Assembly (NCBI GenBank): GCA_051362555.1
Contig: CM120641.1
Location: 34,664,401-34,728,400, forward strand
Origin: Lingula anatina
Lineage: Eukaryota > Animalia > Brachiopoda
Length of the DNA: 64,000 bases
Direction of reading: 5' to 3'
The position numbers and the translations under genes were made by a program. Positions 52,436 to 64,000 of the stretch are shown in pieces (within the stretch, counting starts at the first letter, position 1; each line of letters starts with the position of its first letter). The notes beneath the pieces are model-generated. The model saw nothing but the letters and a program-made list of their open reading frames with translations. It was not told the origin of the DNA and searched no databases.

Positions 52436-53326
52436 TGTATAATGATTAATCATGGATTAATTAATTACAATAAGGAATAATGACACTGACACACGATGGT
52501 CATCAAATAGCATCATGGCAATGAACTTGACCTTAAAATTGCACACCTGTGGTTCAAATTCAGCCTGGTTTACACTCCAGTTAAAGACTATGTCTAATGT
52601 ATAGCACCAAGTTAATATTTTTCTCTAGAGTCCTTCACATAACCAAATGACTTCACCTGAGATATGTGGTCTGTCAGCGATGATGTTTTAGTAAATACTA
52701 GTATAATTAATATCGTACAACTTCATTGGAAAAGTACTCTTTAACTACCTGGCACACTTTTCTAATAAAAATTGAGACATTCTGTTATTTTTGTTAAAGA
52801 CTTCCAAGTTTTGAACATGATTAGAAGAGTGCTATCATGACATAATGGCAAAATTGCAATACTGATCAAACATTAATTTCTCACTATGTGAGACAACTTT
52901 TTGGTTATTTTCATTAACAATAGGTGCAAAATTTGCACCTAATACACCTTTAAACAAACAAAAAAAAAAATGCTTTTTATCCAAAGCAGTTAACATTCCT
53001 GCATACAGCCATTTAGGCCAAGCACACCAGATTAGTCACATTTAGATAATATTGCGTATTACTACTATAATGAACTCACCTATATATTGCAAAAACTACA
53101 AACCAGATAATATCTGAGTACCTGCTAAAAGGAGGTTTACTATGATACATTTGATCATTATATTTCACTTAATATATCATTTAATCCATTTTTTTAAAGG
53201 AGTTATCTAATTAAAATAATGCTAAATCCACAAAATAATACATGTTTAAGAAATATACTTTCTAGCACAGTGTGCTGCACTAAAACAAAACTTAGCTGTA
53301 GGATGCACTTATGAAAATGATAAAAA

Positions 53327-53332
53327 TTTATT
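53327..53332 (-). terminator. Possible polyadenylation signal of RAP1GDS1
   Basis: TTTATT on plus (AATAAA on minus) ~930 nt downstream of the stop codon; no further support. Confidence 0.3.
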
Positions 53333-54262
53333 TAGTTTGGTCAAACCATCTATGATATATATATATATACCTGTATTTCTCAATACCCTGTATTGTCTTA
53401 CCAAGATATTTCACACCTATTAGGCAAATCATAATTGGCATTCATTTCCACATATGCAGAGTAAAATTAAGTTCTGGTTATGTATTAGTCTAAATATCAA
53501 TATAATCTTTATACAAGATAACTGTTACATGTAGGTCTAATTTACAATCACACCAGATAAAAAAACGAGGTCCAGACAATGCTAAAGGTGCACTGTGTAG
53601 GATTTTCCAAAACAAAATCTCCTGGGGTAAATGGTGTTTTTCTCTGGCTAACCAACCTTGATCCTTGTTTTCAGACACTGGTCACAACTCGGTAACAAAC
53701 TCGGATAATTGAATTAATCCATGCTTAAGCGATGGTTTTTCAAATTCCGCCATAACTGTAAGCTCAATTTTTGTACTTATTTCTGGAATCTGCACAATAT
53801 AAAACTGTGTCAGGATGAATGGCAGGCGTTTTGTTTGTCAGGTGGTAAATTTTATGTTTCTTTTCTTTTGCAATATAAGTTCATGGCATTTACCTGTTAA
53901 AAATTATCAAAAAGTAATACTTGTCTTCAGATAAGTTCAACAAGAAGTTGATTATATACTTAATGTTTGTTTAAAATTCTAAGCTTATTCACTCTAAACT
54001 GATACACATCAGGAATGAATAATTCTTCCAAAATGAAAAGGAGACAAAAAATAGATATGCCCATTAATAGGACACAATTAAAAAACAAAGAGGTATTATC
54101 AAATGGGTTTAAATGCAAAAAAGAAAGACGAATGTTGGGATCGTTAAAAAAATGCAATATCTGACTAAGTGTTTAAAATTTTTTCCCCTTTTTGGAACAT
54201 ATCTTGTCAAAATATTTAAAATGTGCAAATTGAGACAACTCAAATATAGGTGTGTTACAACT

Positions 54263-57200
54263 CTATGGGCTCATAGGCATTTGGTCTGTACTGAGTTGCT
54301 TGGTGAGCATCTTGGCCCGGGCTGGTATGCCCGACTGCGAAGACTTCCTCTCCAGCTCAGGAAGATGTTCCAGAATACCTTGTTCTTCTATCTTGGCTCT
54401 TATTGGTTCTAAAATATGGCAACATAAAAGTATAATCTCAGATTAACTGGTAAAATTTATACAGGTTGTGTTTTTTTTTTTAATTGATATGATGCTGGAC
54501 ACTGAAAAATCACTTTAAATCTTCCTCACAAATTCATCAACTTATCTCATACTTGAAACCCTATAGACACAAACATTTAAAGCCAATTTTACTGTTACAC
54601 ATTCCTTTCAACTTTTGAATTCTAAAAAGTTTTATCTTTTTTGAGAAGTATTTCTTCTTAGGATTAAATCCATTATTTCTAAAAACAAGGTCACCAACTA
54701 GCAAAGGACAACACATTTGGCAATAATAACAGCCAGCTATTCGCTAACTGGTTAACCAATGGTTAGACAAAACAGTTCACAGTGAAGAATTTGAGTGAAA
54801 TAAATGCTTAGAAATGCATATATACTCACTGTTTTTTTTATGCCTTGGGGAAAATTCAATTAAGGCTGTTACAAATTAAATAAAATCTAAAAGAATACTC
54901 TGTTGTCATTTCTGAGCAAAACAACTAAAACAAAGATCTTGGATCAAAAAATGAGGGGTTTAATAATGCAGCTTCAATCCTACCAGATGTTCCCAATTTC
55001 CCCAACAAGGTACAAGCATTGTGAATGATCTCCATTTTAGTATCACCAGTAGTCAATATCTGGCGTAGGTTGGTGATAAGGTCAGAGGCCAGGAGCTGTT
55101 CCTCGGCAGGCCCTACAATAACAGAATCAAAAAAGCACGGTCTCAATACACATCATGTAAGCATCATGGGATTTTTTTAAAATAAATCATGTGTTTGTGT
55201 CTATATACCCATGAACTAAAAAAATAAAAAAAAGAAAGAAGTGAAGACAGTATTATTCAAATACTGTTGGATAGAGATAAGAATAATATTATTGTAACTG
55301 AAGTGCTAACAGAAAGACTTCCCTGTACTAACCTATGATAAGTGCTGAAATTAGTGTAAGCGCAACCAATGCCTCCATCTGCATGACTGTGTGCTCTGAC
55401 ACAATCATCTGCACCAAGTATGGAAGTCCACCACATTCCACCACAGTAGAAGCTACCTCCTTCCTACGGGAATTTTTTATCATCCAGGCTAACATACGAC
55501 TGGCTTCTCCTAAAACGAGAGACAATAAATAAAGCAAATAAATATTATAAATTTTCATGGTGTTGTTCTCTATTTGGATATGTAACAGGGAGATCTATTT
55601 CTAATTCCATGACAAAACATTTTTTTCACTTCATAATTCTTCATATATAGATTTAGTCATCTGCATCAAAATACTTTTGATTCTTTAAAAAAAAGTTCAT
55701 CAATGGAAGAAAAAAACTCCACCAAAATCATATACTCCCAAAGTGCACATACCCTTTATCATGATTATATACTAAATAAAAGATACTGAATAACAGATGC
55801 CAGTTTTCCCAAAGTAATCACTAAATCAAGAAAGAAAGACTTACCTTTGACCCCCTCGTGAGCATTCATACCACACCACGAGACCACTTGCTCCACAAAT
55901 TCTTTATTAGTACCCAGTTTGGTAGCTGCTAAAACTAATATGCAGAGATCCAGGGTAAAAATGCATTTACCATTTCAGTGAAAAAAAAAATTATCATATT
56001 GTTACACTCTTAATAATAAATTCCTCTTACTCATTAATTGCAAAAAAAAAATACATATATATATATTCGTATCATTCAAAATGACATATTTTAGGCAGAT
56101 TGCTTTCTAGGGATAACACAGAGACAACAGCAAGTGTGTAATTTCTTGCTTATTCATGTGAAACTATCATGTGACATACCTTCTCCATCGATTAACATCC
56201 GGAGCACTCCTAGCAATTTAAAGATCACTGGGGTCATTACTGAAGAGGTAAGGGGAAGAACTTTTTCTATAAGACCAAGGGAAATCAGCTTTGGCTTGTT
56301 TTCAGCTGAAATAACAATTCATTTATTTAAAGCCATTGTCAAATGAGAGAATATTTGTAGTGCATCATTTGAAATTATAAATGCCTCAATATGAGAACAA
56401 TTAAAAAGTGACATACATCTTACAAACTTTTGCCCAACCATAAATATTCTTTCATTTAAAATATTGTCACATAAAGCAAAATAATGCAAAAAATTTAATT
56501 GCAAATCCATTGCTAACACACTGACTACAGTATTTATATTAATCGACCGCATGGCGAGTGTAAGTAGAAAGGCTGTGAAATTACCTGGTATTGCTAGATT
56601 TCTTAGAGTACTTAGCACCGCATGGTGTAGCGTAGTATTCATTCCAATTTCATCTAAGTCTGTGAGGAGATTAAGCAGGTCTGGGACAATTTTATCTCTA
56701 TGCACCAGTCTGTAACACTGGTCATCTTAAAAAGATGAAAAAAAGACTGTCCAATATATGTCTAAATAAAAAAATTAAAGATAATATGTCTAAATAAAAA
56801 AATTTAAGATAACAGAAAAACTAATGTCAGAAAAAAGTTCACTGGATTACATCATTCAGTATTGAGAACTTTTAGAACATATGTTCAAGTGTTTGTTTGT
56901 AGCAAGCATATATATTTTGAAATATATATTTACATTAAGAAATTTTTCTGATGTGAATTTTACTACATTTTAGAAATCTTTTCTGGAACATATTTGCATT
57001 TATGTTGATGACAATCTAATAACTTTAAACTTTAGTTCCCCATTCAACCACACGCTTACATGCATGCACGTGCGCCACCTACCACTTCTCGCAAAGTTCC
57101 CTATGGCCAAAGCAGCTGTAGTTTGGAGGACAATATTACCCGTCTTCAACCAAGAGAGCGTTTCCTTATAAATCTCTCCCTCCCCATCATTGTACAATAT

Positions 57201-59707
57201 CTCTACACTCTCGTCTGTAAATGGAAGTATAATAATTTTTTTTTAATTTAACACACTGGTATTTTTAACAATTCAATTTCATTGACACGTTTGTCAGCTG
57301 AAACAAAATGTTTCAATCCATACACAAGCACAGCTATTATTACTTCACAACTCACCTCCAGTAAGGATCAATATAAGCAAGTCTGCTGCCAGTTTGAGTA
57401 ACTGCTGACTCTTGTCATCCCTCAGTTTACATTTTTCCTTTAGGATAGTTGTGCAATGTTTGGCCGCTTTTGTGGCAGCCAGTTCTTTTTTAACAGCATC
57501 TAGAAAAATAATTTCACAAATACATATATAAATACTGTAGTACATGTTACATAAATGACAAAAAAAAGTTTTTTTTTTACTGAAGCAGCACTTTCTGTAT
57601 AAATCAGTATTGTAATCATAGTGATTTGTTTACCTGACTCAGCCATTGTGGCTAGTGCATCCAGCACAGTTTCCTTCTGTTCCTGACTACTATCAATATC
57701 CAACAGCTCTGTCAGCGAGGAAACCAGGGGTATCTTCTCAAGAAGCTCTTTACCTTTGTCTATTAAATAACACATGGATTGTGGATGGAATGAACAGTTA
57801 CTAGTAAACTTTAAGCAAAAAAAGAATGCAAAGAAATATAGACTGGAAATTGATCAAGCTAATACAATATTTCTAATTTTTCAAAGCACAGTGAGGTGAA
57901 CATAAAAAATTAAATGTTTACTTTCAGATCCAAGTGCTTTTAAAATACAATCTGGTTGGGAAAAATAAAGAAATGATCCAGGGATAGGCGATCAAGACAC
58001 AATACCCGTGTCTGCCAAGCAGTCCACACACAAAAGGGCCATTTGTATAACATCTTTCTCATCCTGGAAACTCTTGATGTACTGGTTAAGAAGCTCAAGG
58101 GCTCCACTCTCTAGTGCCAATAGCTGCAAGCTTTCTGAAATGTTGAGAAAACCACATTAGACATGAATCATACATTGTTGTAAAGGATAATAAATATATC
58201 TGAACAACATTCTAGAATATAGTTACGTATTAGTTTTTACCATAACATGAGACTCTTTATCATATGACAATTATATCTTTCTTTATGTGCACAGATAGCA
58301 GATCACATGGCCATTAATTTTTTTCCAATTTTTGTTCTTACTTCTTGTTTTTTTATCTGTGTGCAAACAACAGCCTACTTTAGCATGACCAAGACAAATT
58401 TGATGTCCCTGTTACATGCAAGTTCAATGACCGTAATGTCTACTACAAATGGTCAGTGACATCCATACAAGCAACAACAACAACAAAAACCTTTCTTTGT
58501 TTCAAACACTGTGCAAATAAGTCGTAGTTACAGTTTTAACCACCTATGGAGCTATGAAATAAATGGGCAAAAATGTGCTAGTAAAATTTTAAGTGACATG
58601 TATCAATGATTATTTAAATTTTGATTTCTTTAAAGAGGGGATTATTTGCTAAAAACACAGCAAAAAAATTACCACAATGACTCTCTGGATTCCAAATATC
58701 TGATTACTTTTTTTTTCAAATGGTCTGAAAGGTATCCATTTTCAAGTAATAAATCATTACAAAAACCTTGGCAATGGCACAGACAGGTGTCTGGCATAAA
58801 AAGAAACAGTCATGTCTATAAATAAGGAGGTCAATCCCCACTCCATATCATGGCCCCACTCTGCTAAACTATGTAGTTCAGCTTATCTCTGGTGAGAGAG
58901 ATAGTAAATATTATACGTATATATTCACAGCAAATATTGTAAGGTGAGATATTTTCTAGCCTAGGTCATACAATTAAGTGTATCAATATGGCTGTATGAT
59001 TTGGTACAAATGTTAAATTTTCCCATATAAAAAAGGCTTAATTCTTGGTAAAATTATAATGACCATGTAATAAAATCACACAAAATCCATCAGAAGTTCA
59101 GGTACAAAGCACCATCATCACTGGTCAAGACACTTAGTCACAGTATTATAATAATAATTTATTATAAAATAATAAATAGACAATAATTTATTATAATAAA
59201 ATAATAAATAGACAATAATTTTTCTTATGCTAGCAGTTGTTATTTAAGTCATTTTTCAATTTTCATGTCACCAACTGATTTTAATCTTACCATTTGCATT
59301 GGTCAGATTAACTAGGCAGCCACAAAGAATCATCCTCAATTCACTTTCTTGCTCTCCTGTTGTGCTCAGGTGATATTTCATAAACTCCAGAAGCTTTGCC
59401 AGACCCCCTGCTTCCTTCATTGCATCTCTCCCAGTGTCTAGAATAAAAACATTAAATCACATATAATATTTTAAGTAGGCCATGCCTTTCTAAATTATAA
59501 GGAGATAAAAACATGCTGACCCCAAAATGCCTAAACAAAATTGTGTCATTCAGAATAACCTAACAAATGCAATGATGCTATTTTTCCCTAAATCTAAAAC
59601 CATTTTAAAATCTTTGGGAAAGGAACTTATCCTAAATCAATCATCTTTCATTGCAAACTGTGAAAGTTTTATTCACAGAAATTAGTGTACATTATGATAC
59701 ACATGAC

Positions 59708-59764
<57 letters not shown>

Positions 59765-61732
59765 ACGCATGCGTGTGCATGTCTGTACATGCAGTTGCCT
59801 ATGTCCATGAATGCATACCATTGTCAAAACAAATGTTGCCCAGTGCCCTGCAAGACTGAATACAGGCACCAACATTCTCCTTCTCTAGCAGCTGCAACAA
59901 AGGTGAAATCAAGCCTGCCTCTACACAGGGGGTCCGCATACTCTCTGAAATACATATAACACATAACATGCACCTACTAGAACGTGCAAATATTGACTAC
60001 AAGTGAACGTGCAAGCCATTTTAAGATTAAATCATCCAGAGGTACTTCAGCAATTTCACAGCACTGAGCTACATGTATCTGTTTGAGCCTGCCAGTGAGA
60101 AATCAATAAATTAATCAATTTCCAAGGCCGACAGACAGTTGTATAATCATCTGGGTGATTGCCCATGTTATGGCAAATGGATTGCTCAATGCATTTTGAA
60201 GCACTGCATGAAATCAGACAATTTTCTTTTCAGTTTTAAAGCAGCATATGAATTCCACAATGGGTAATATGCCTGTTGCCTGACTTTCTCCCATCAGTCT
60301 AACATTCAGATCTGACATGTTTACACTATAATATATATATATGCAGAGGACCAAAAATGAAACATCATTGCACAAAAGGTGCAGCACAGTGTCTCAAATT
60401 AAAGTTTATCAGATATAATATTTATTTATTTATTTGTTTGTTTAGAGAGTACAAATTTATCTTGTGCCTCTGCATGCTCACATAATCACTTTCATTGAAT
60501 GTGTGTGTATGTGTGTGTGTGCACACGCACGTGCGCGTGCATAACAAATAAAATTATTTGTCTGATTTGTCTATTGTCTGATTGAGCATATCACCTTCTT
60601 TAGCCACCTCCGCCACCACCTGGGCTGCCTTGATCTTACTGTTCTTAGTATCTTGTGTTAAAACATGATGCAATTCAGAAAGGAGGCCTGACTGGAGAAG
60701 CTCCTTAAACACTTTTTCTGCATCATCTTCTTCTGTAAAGAATACATTAAACTGATTTTTTTAGTGGATAAATAGCTAAGACATAGTGAATCAAAATTTT
60801 AACAACTATTGACCAACTTGCTTGTGAACAATACTTTGCCAAAGGAAGAGAAATGGAAAATTGCCATTGATCCATATGAAAAAACAAAACAAACAAACAA
60901 AAAACATATTAATCAAATTGTATGAAAGCAATCTGAACTTATTATAAAGTAAATTTTACACAACTGATAATTCATACCCTTTCCTCTCAAAATATTTTCC
61001 CTATAAAAATAAAGAAATTGATAACCGTTATAGGATCTAAACATGACAGTGAACTTTCAAAATGTTAAAAAGTTGTTCTTGGTTGAATTCCTTTCATTAA
61101 AATTATAAGTTAACCCTTACAACCACAACATTATAATTTTCACAGGATTGAATATGCTTGAAAAAATTGTTACATACATGTCTCATTACTTAGAATAAAA
61201 TCAAGCAAGATTTTTCTGGGATTTGGAGGAGATCAGGGTGAGAAATAATGGCCGACCAGCAACTTTGCTGTAGCAACAAATTAATAAAAGCAGACAATTT
61301 TACACATTTTTTGTTTGTTCTTCTCTAAAGTTTTGTGGAATTAGTCTCTAACAAAACATAACAATTTACCATATTTTGTGTGTACTGCTTTTTACAATGA
61401 CATTCCCCACACAAAGTAAATCACCTTACCACTTTACACTTTTCACACTTATTACTTTGCATGATGCCACATGGTGCCAAAGTCTCATTTCAGAGTATCT
61501 TGGATGACTTCCATTCCTTCTTTGTTTTTTCTTTCTTTCTTTCTTTTTTTCTTTCTATTTATCTATCTATCTATTAGTGTGTTTCATTTATCTATTAAAC
61601 TTTAATTTTTTACAGACAAACATCAGGTTTACTCACCCTCATTGGATAACAGATCTAAAAGTTTATCCAGGTTGGTTTCACTGGTGCTTTCTTCATGCAG
61701 CTTCAATTTGTCAAGGGTACTCAAAAGCTCCT
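54263..61732 (-). CDS. RAP1GDS1: Rap1 GTPase-GDP dissociation stimulator 1 (SmgGDS, armadillo-repeat GEF/chaperone), exons 2-15
   Basis: Exons (5'->3'): 61732-61637, 60732-60595, 59944-59819, 59437-59291, 58134-58006, 57759-57634, 57499-57356, 57214-57083, 56725-56585, 56305-56180, 55934-55845, 55509-55333, 55112-54984, 54408-54263 (TAG); all introns phase 1. Signature peptides AQVVAEVAK, MRTPCVEAGLISPL, QSCRALGNICFDN, AADLLILILTGD, AALAIGNFARSD, HAVLSTLRNLAIP, FKLLGVLRMLIDG, GEASRMLAWMIK, SEHTVMQMEALVAL. About 616 aa if exon 1 contributes ATGG. Confidence 0.94.
59710..59763. repeat. (TG)n microsatellite
   Basis: About 27 units in the RAP1GDS1 intron upstream of the 147-nt exon. Confidence 0.96.
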
Positions 61733-61985
61733 CTAAAATTGTGTCAGAAATTGAATATACTTGCATCATAATGGGAGAACTGTAAATTTTCATGAAGGAC
61801 AACTTAAAACTTCAAAACAAAAGTGCTTTTTTTAAAGCACTTCGTCAAAAATACATTATTTTGAACACATGACAAAATTTAAATCTGCAAGCATAATTAC
61901 CATCGGAATTTATCCATGAGAAATTTGATCCAATATTTCAAATTATTGTTTCAATAGTTCTGTCATGTCACATATAACACTTAAG

Positions 61986-61987
<2 letters not shown>

Positions 61988-62046
<59 letters not shown>
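61988..62046. repeat. (CA)n microsatellite
   Basis: About 29 units. Confidence 0.96.
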
Positions 62047-62047
<1 letters not shown>

Positions 62048-63305
62048 CAAGAAACATACATACACACATATATCTTATGGCTATATCCATAAGATTTCTA
62101 AATACTTATCCAATAAACCTTTGTATTGTGTGTGAGGTACATGTTATGTATTTCAATGATAATCTTTACTAAGTCAAATTCCACTACGAACCACTGGATT
62201 TATGACAAGTGGTGATATCAGTTCACTGTTAGGGCAAGGGAGAAAGAAGGGGACATTTTCTATATATTTCATAATGTACCAGCTCCTTAAACAGGCTGGT
62301 AACACAATATCTTAAAGGCAGCAAGGTAGCTTGATATCCAAACTCAGTGGACATCCCACCTCCTTTCAAACAGCATTCACAATACCTGCTCCTTTGTTTG
62401 CTTACCACGATTTATTCAACATGTACCACACCAACAGAATTCTGTACTTCAGTCTGCAGTACCCCCAACCCTTACCCTATCAGTCATTGATTTTGATGTT
62501 TTTATAGAAGAACACTGCTATTCAGGCCTATGGGTTTGGGAGAATACTGCGCAACAATACCCAGAATTTGGTATCACCAAAAATCAATCTCATCATGATA
62601 ACTCGCTTATAATCAAGAAAGATGAGAGCGCTTAAAGAGAGACAATCACATCAGTAATGTAAAAGATTTCTAGTTTTCATTTACTGTACTACCAAAATTA
62701 CTAGCCTTTTGTTTTTATTCTACTAAGGTATGTTTTAGTGTAAGCTAAACTCTGACCAGCAACTGGACAGCATGTAGAGCTATCCATTTCACTTAACAGA
62801 TGGGTTGCAGTGACCTATTCAAGGATGTCCACTTTTGCTTGTCTGTTATTGAATGGGATCAAGTGACATGACGATTCACACCAAAAGAGACTGCAGACCC
62901 TATTAGTTTACTTTGAAGTGAACCATTCAAGGTTGTCCACTTTTGAGTACAATATTATAAATACAAGACAGCTTCACAAATTCAGTGAGTAGGGATTGTT
63001 ACATGTAGGAATATATATACACGGTACTAGTACAGTAACAAGCAGTAGAGAGCAGTGGGTTGAGAGTCAGCTAGAGTTGCATACAGTGTACAGAGTAGGC
63101 TGTATTGACATCAGTGTCTCATCAGAGACAGAGTACAGTAGATGTACTAGTAGATGCAACTTGTATGGTTGGTGTTCTAAAAAAATAAAGCAAGAAAACT
63201 GATTTTGTGTTGTGTGATTCTTAAATTTAGAAAACTTCAGACCGATGACAGTAATTATTGAATATAAAAATCCCTTAAGAAGTTCAATGTAAAACCCCAG
63301 GAGCA

Positions 63306-63397
63306 GAACTTGACAACTTAGTGGAGTGATGCAATGAAAACAATTTGGTTCTGAATGCTGGAAAATGAAAGAGTTGGTGGTTGACTACAGGAAGAAC

Positions 63398-63484
<87 letters not shown>

Positions 63485-63700
63485 TTGAAGGTGCAAAGGT
63501 TAAAATGGCTGAGGAGTACCTTTTTTGTGGGGGGGGGGCTTATATGAACAGCAAATTAAATAGCACTCAAATTATGAAAAAATAAATCACTAAAGAAGAG
63601 ACAAGAATTTCTTTCTTGAAAAAAAAAACAAAACAGATGAGGGTTTTATAGTAACACACATTTTAAGTAGTCATCTCTTACAAAGCTTTAATACATAGAT
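63306..63700 (+). mobile_element. Decayed non-LTR retrotransposon (Rex1/Babar- or CR1-group-like) ORF2 fragment
   Basis: Conceptual translation through a stop and frameshift gives ELDNLVE*CNENNLVLNAGK-KELVVDYRK...IEGAKVKMAEEY, matching the recalled RT C-terminal pattern WCxxNxLxLNxxKTKElvvDfRk...IxGxxVExVxxYKYLG. Interrupted by poly(A) and (AT)n. Confidence 0.65.
63412..63481. repeat. (AT)n microsatellite
   Basis: About 35 units inside the LINE remnant. Confidence 0.96.
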
Positions 63701-63843
63701 GTTGTTTTAATGTGGGTGAATAATTACATTAATTGTACAGGATACAAAATAACATGATCTCGTGGTGTTACTGAGAAGCCTAGGGTACTGGTACTGGTAA
63801 AGCGAAAGTGGATAGCACTTATCATGTAATCCTGGTAAATTAC

Positions 63844-63892
63844 CTCCTATCCTGCACTCCACTCCCCTCTTCAACAAGTCGCTCAAACGCAT
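63844..63892 (-). CDS. Candidate first coding exon of RAP1GDS1 (MRLSDLLKRGVECRIG)
   Basis: ATG at 63892 with an upstream in-frame stop; donor GAG|GTAATT in phase 1, compatible with exon 61732. No homology support; the true exon 1 may lie outside the window. Confidence 0.3.
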
Positions 63893-64000
63893 TGCAATAA
63901 TTTGTAAACAAGATCAGGAAGATCTCCAAATATCAGTATCATAATATGACAAAAACAACCATAACATATGATCAAGATCGCACAGTTCATGTACATGTAC

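Noticed and set aside
52545-52570. B-box-like GGTTCAAATTC suggesting tRNA or SINE
   Set aside because: No A-box at suitable spacing, no cloverleaf, no second copy in the window.

Overview
AT-rich, intron-containing animal DNA; the repeat families suggest a lophotrochozoan, probably a mollusc (inference only). Three spliced genes were rebuilt by hand from GT-AG sites and reading-phase continuity. (1) PARN, minus strand: 20 coding exons from ATG 10271, running off the left edge. (2) A CAP/SORBS-family triple-SH3 adaptor, plus strand: ATG 18610 to a split stop codon at 44670|45691-45692, head-to-head with PARN. It includes a ~5.7-kb alternative giant exon with a His/Asp/Gly repeat. (3) RAP1GDS1/SmgGDS, minus strand: 14 exons from 61732 to stop 54263, first exon uncertain. 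Repeats are four non-autonomous Helentron-type (HINE) elements of two families carrying 161-bp or ~146-bp tandem arrays, a small foldback element, a decayed LINE fragment, local duplications and microsatellites. The most interesting signals are a perfect 26-nt antisense copy of the PARN catalytic exon inside PARN intron 3, the giant CAP exon, a predicted Rbfox-controlled C-terminal switch after the last SH3 domain, a 60-nt cassette exon splitting a conserved CAP motif, and block shuffling among the HINE copies. Most short ORFs in the supplied track are spurious or exon fragments. No database searches were run; family comparisons are from recall.
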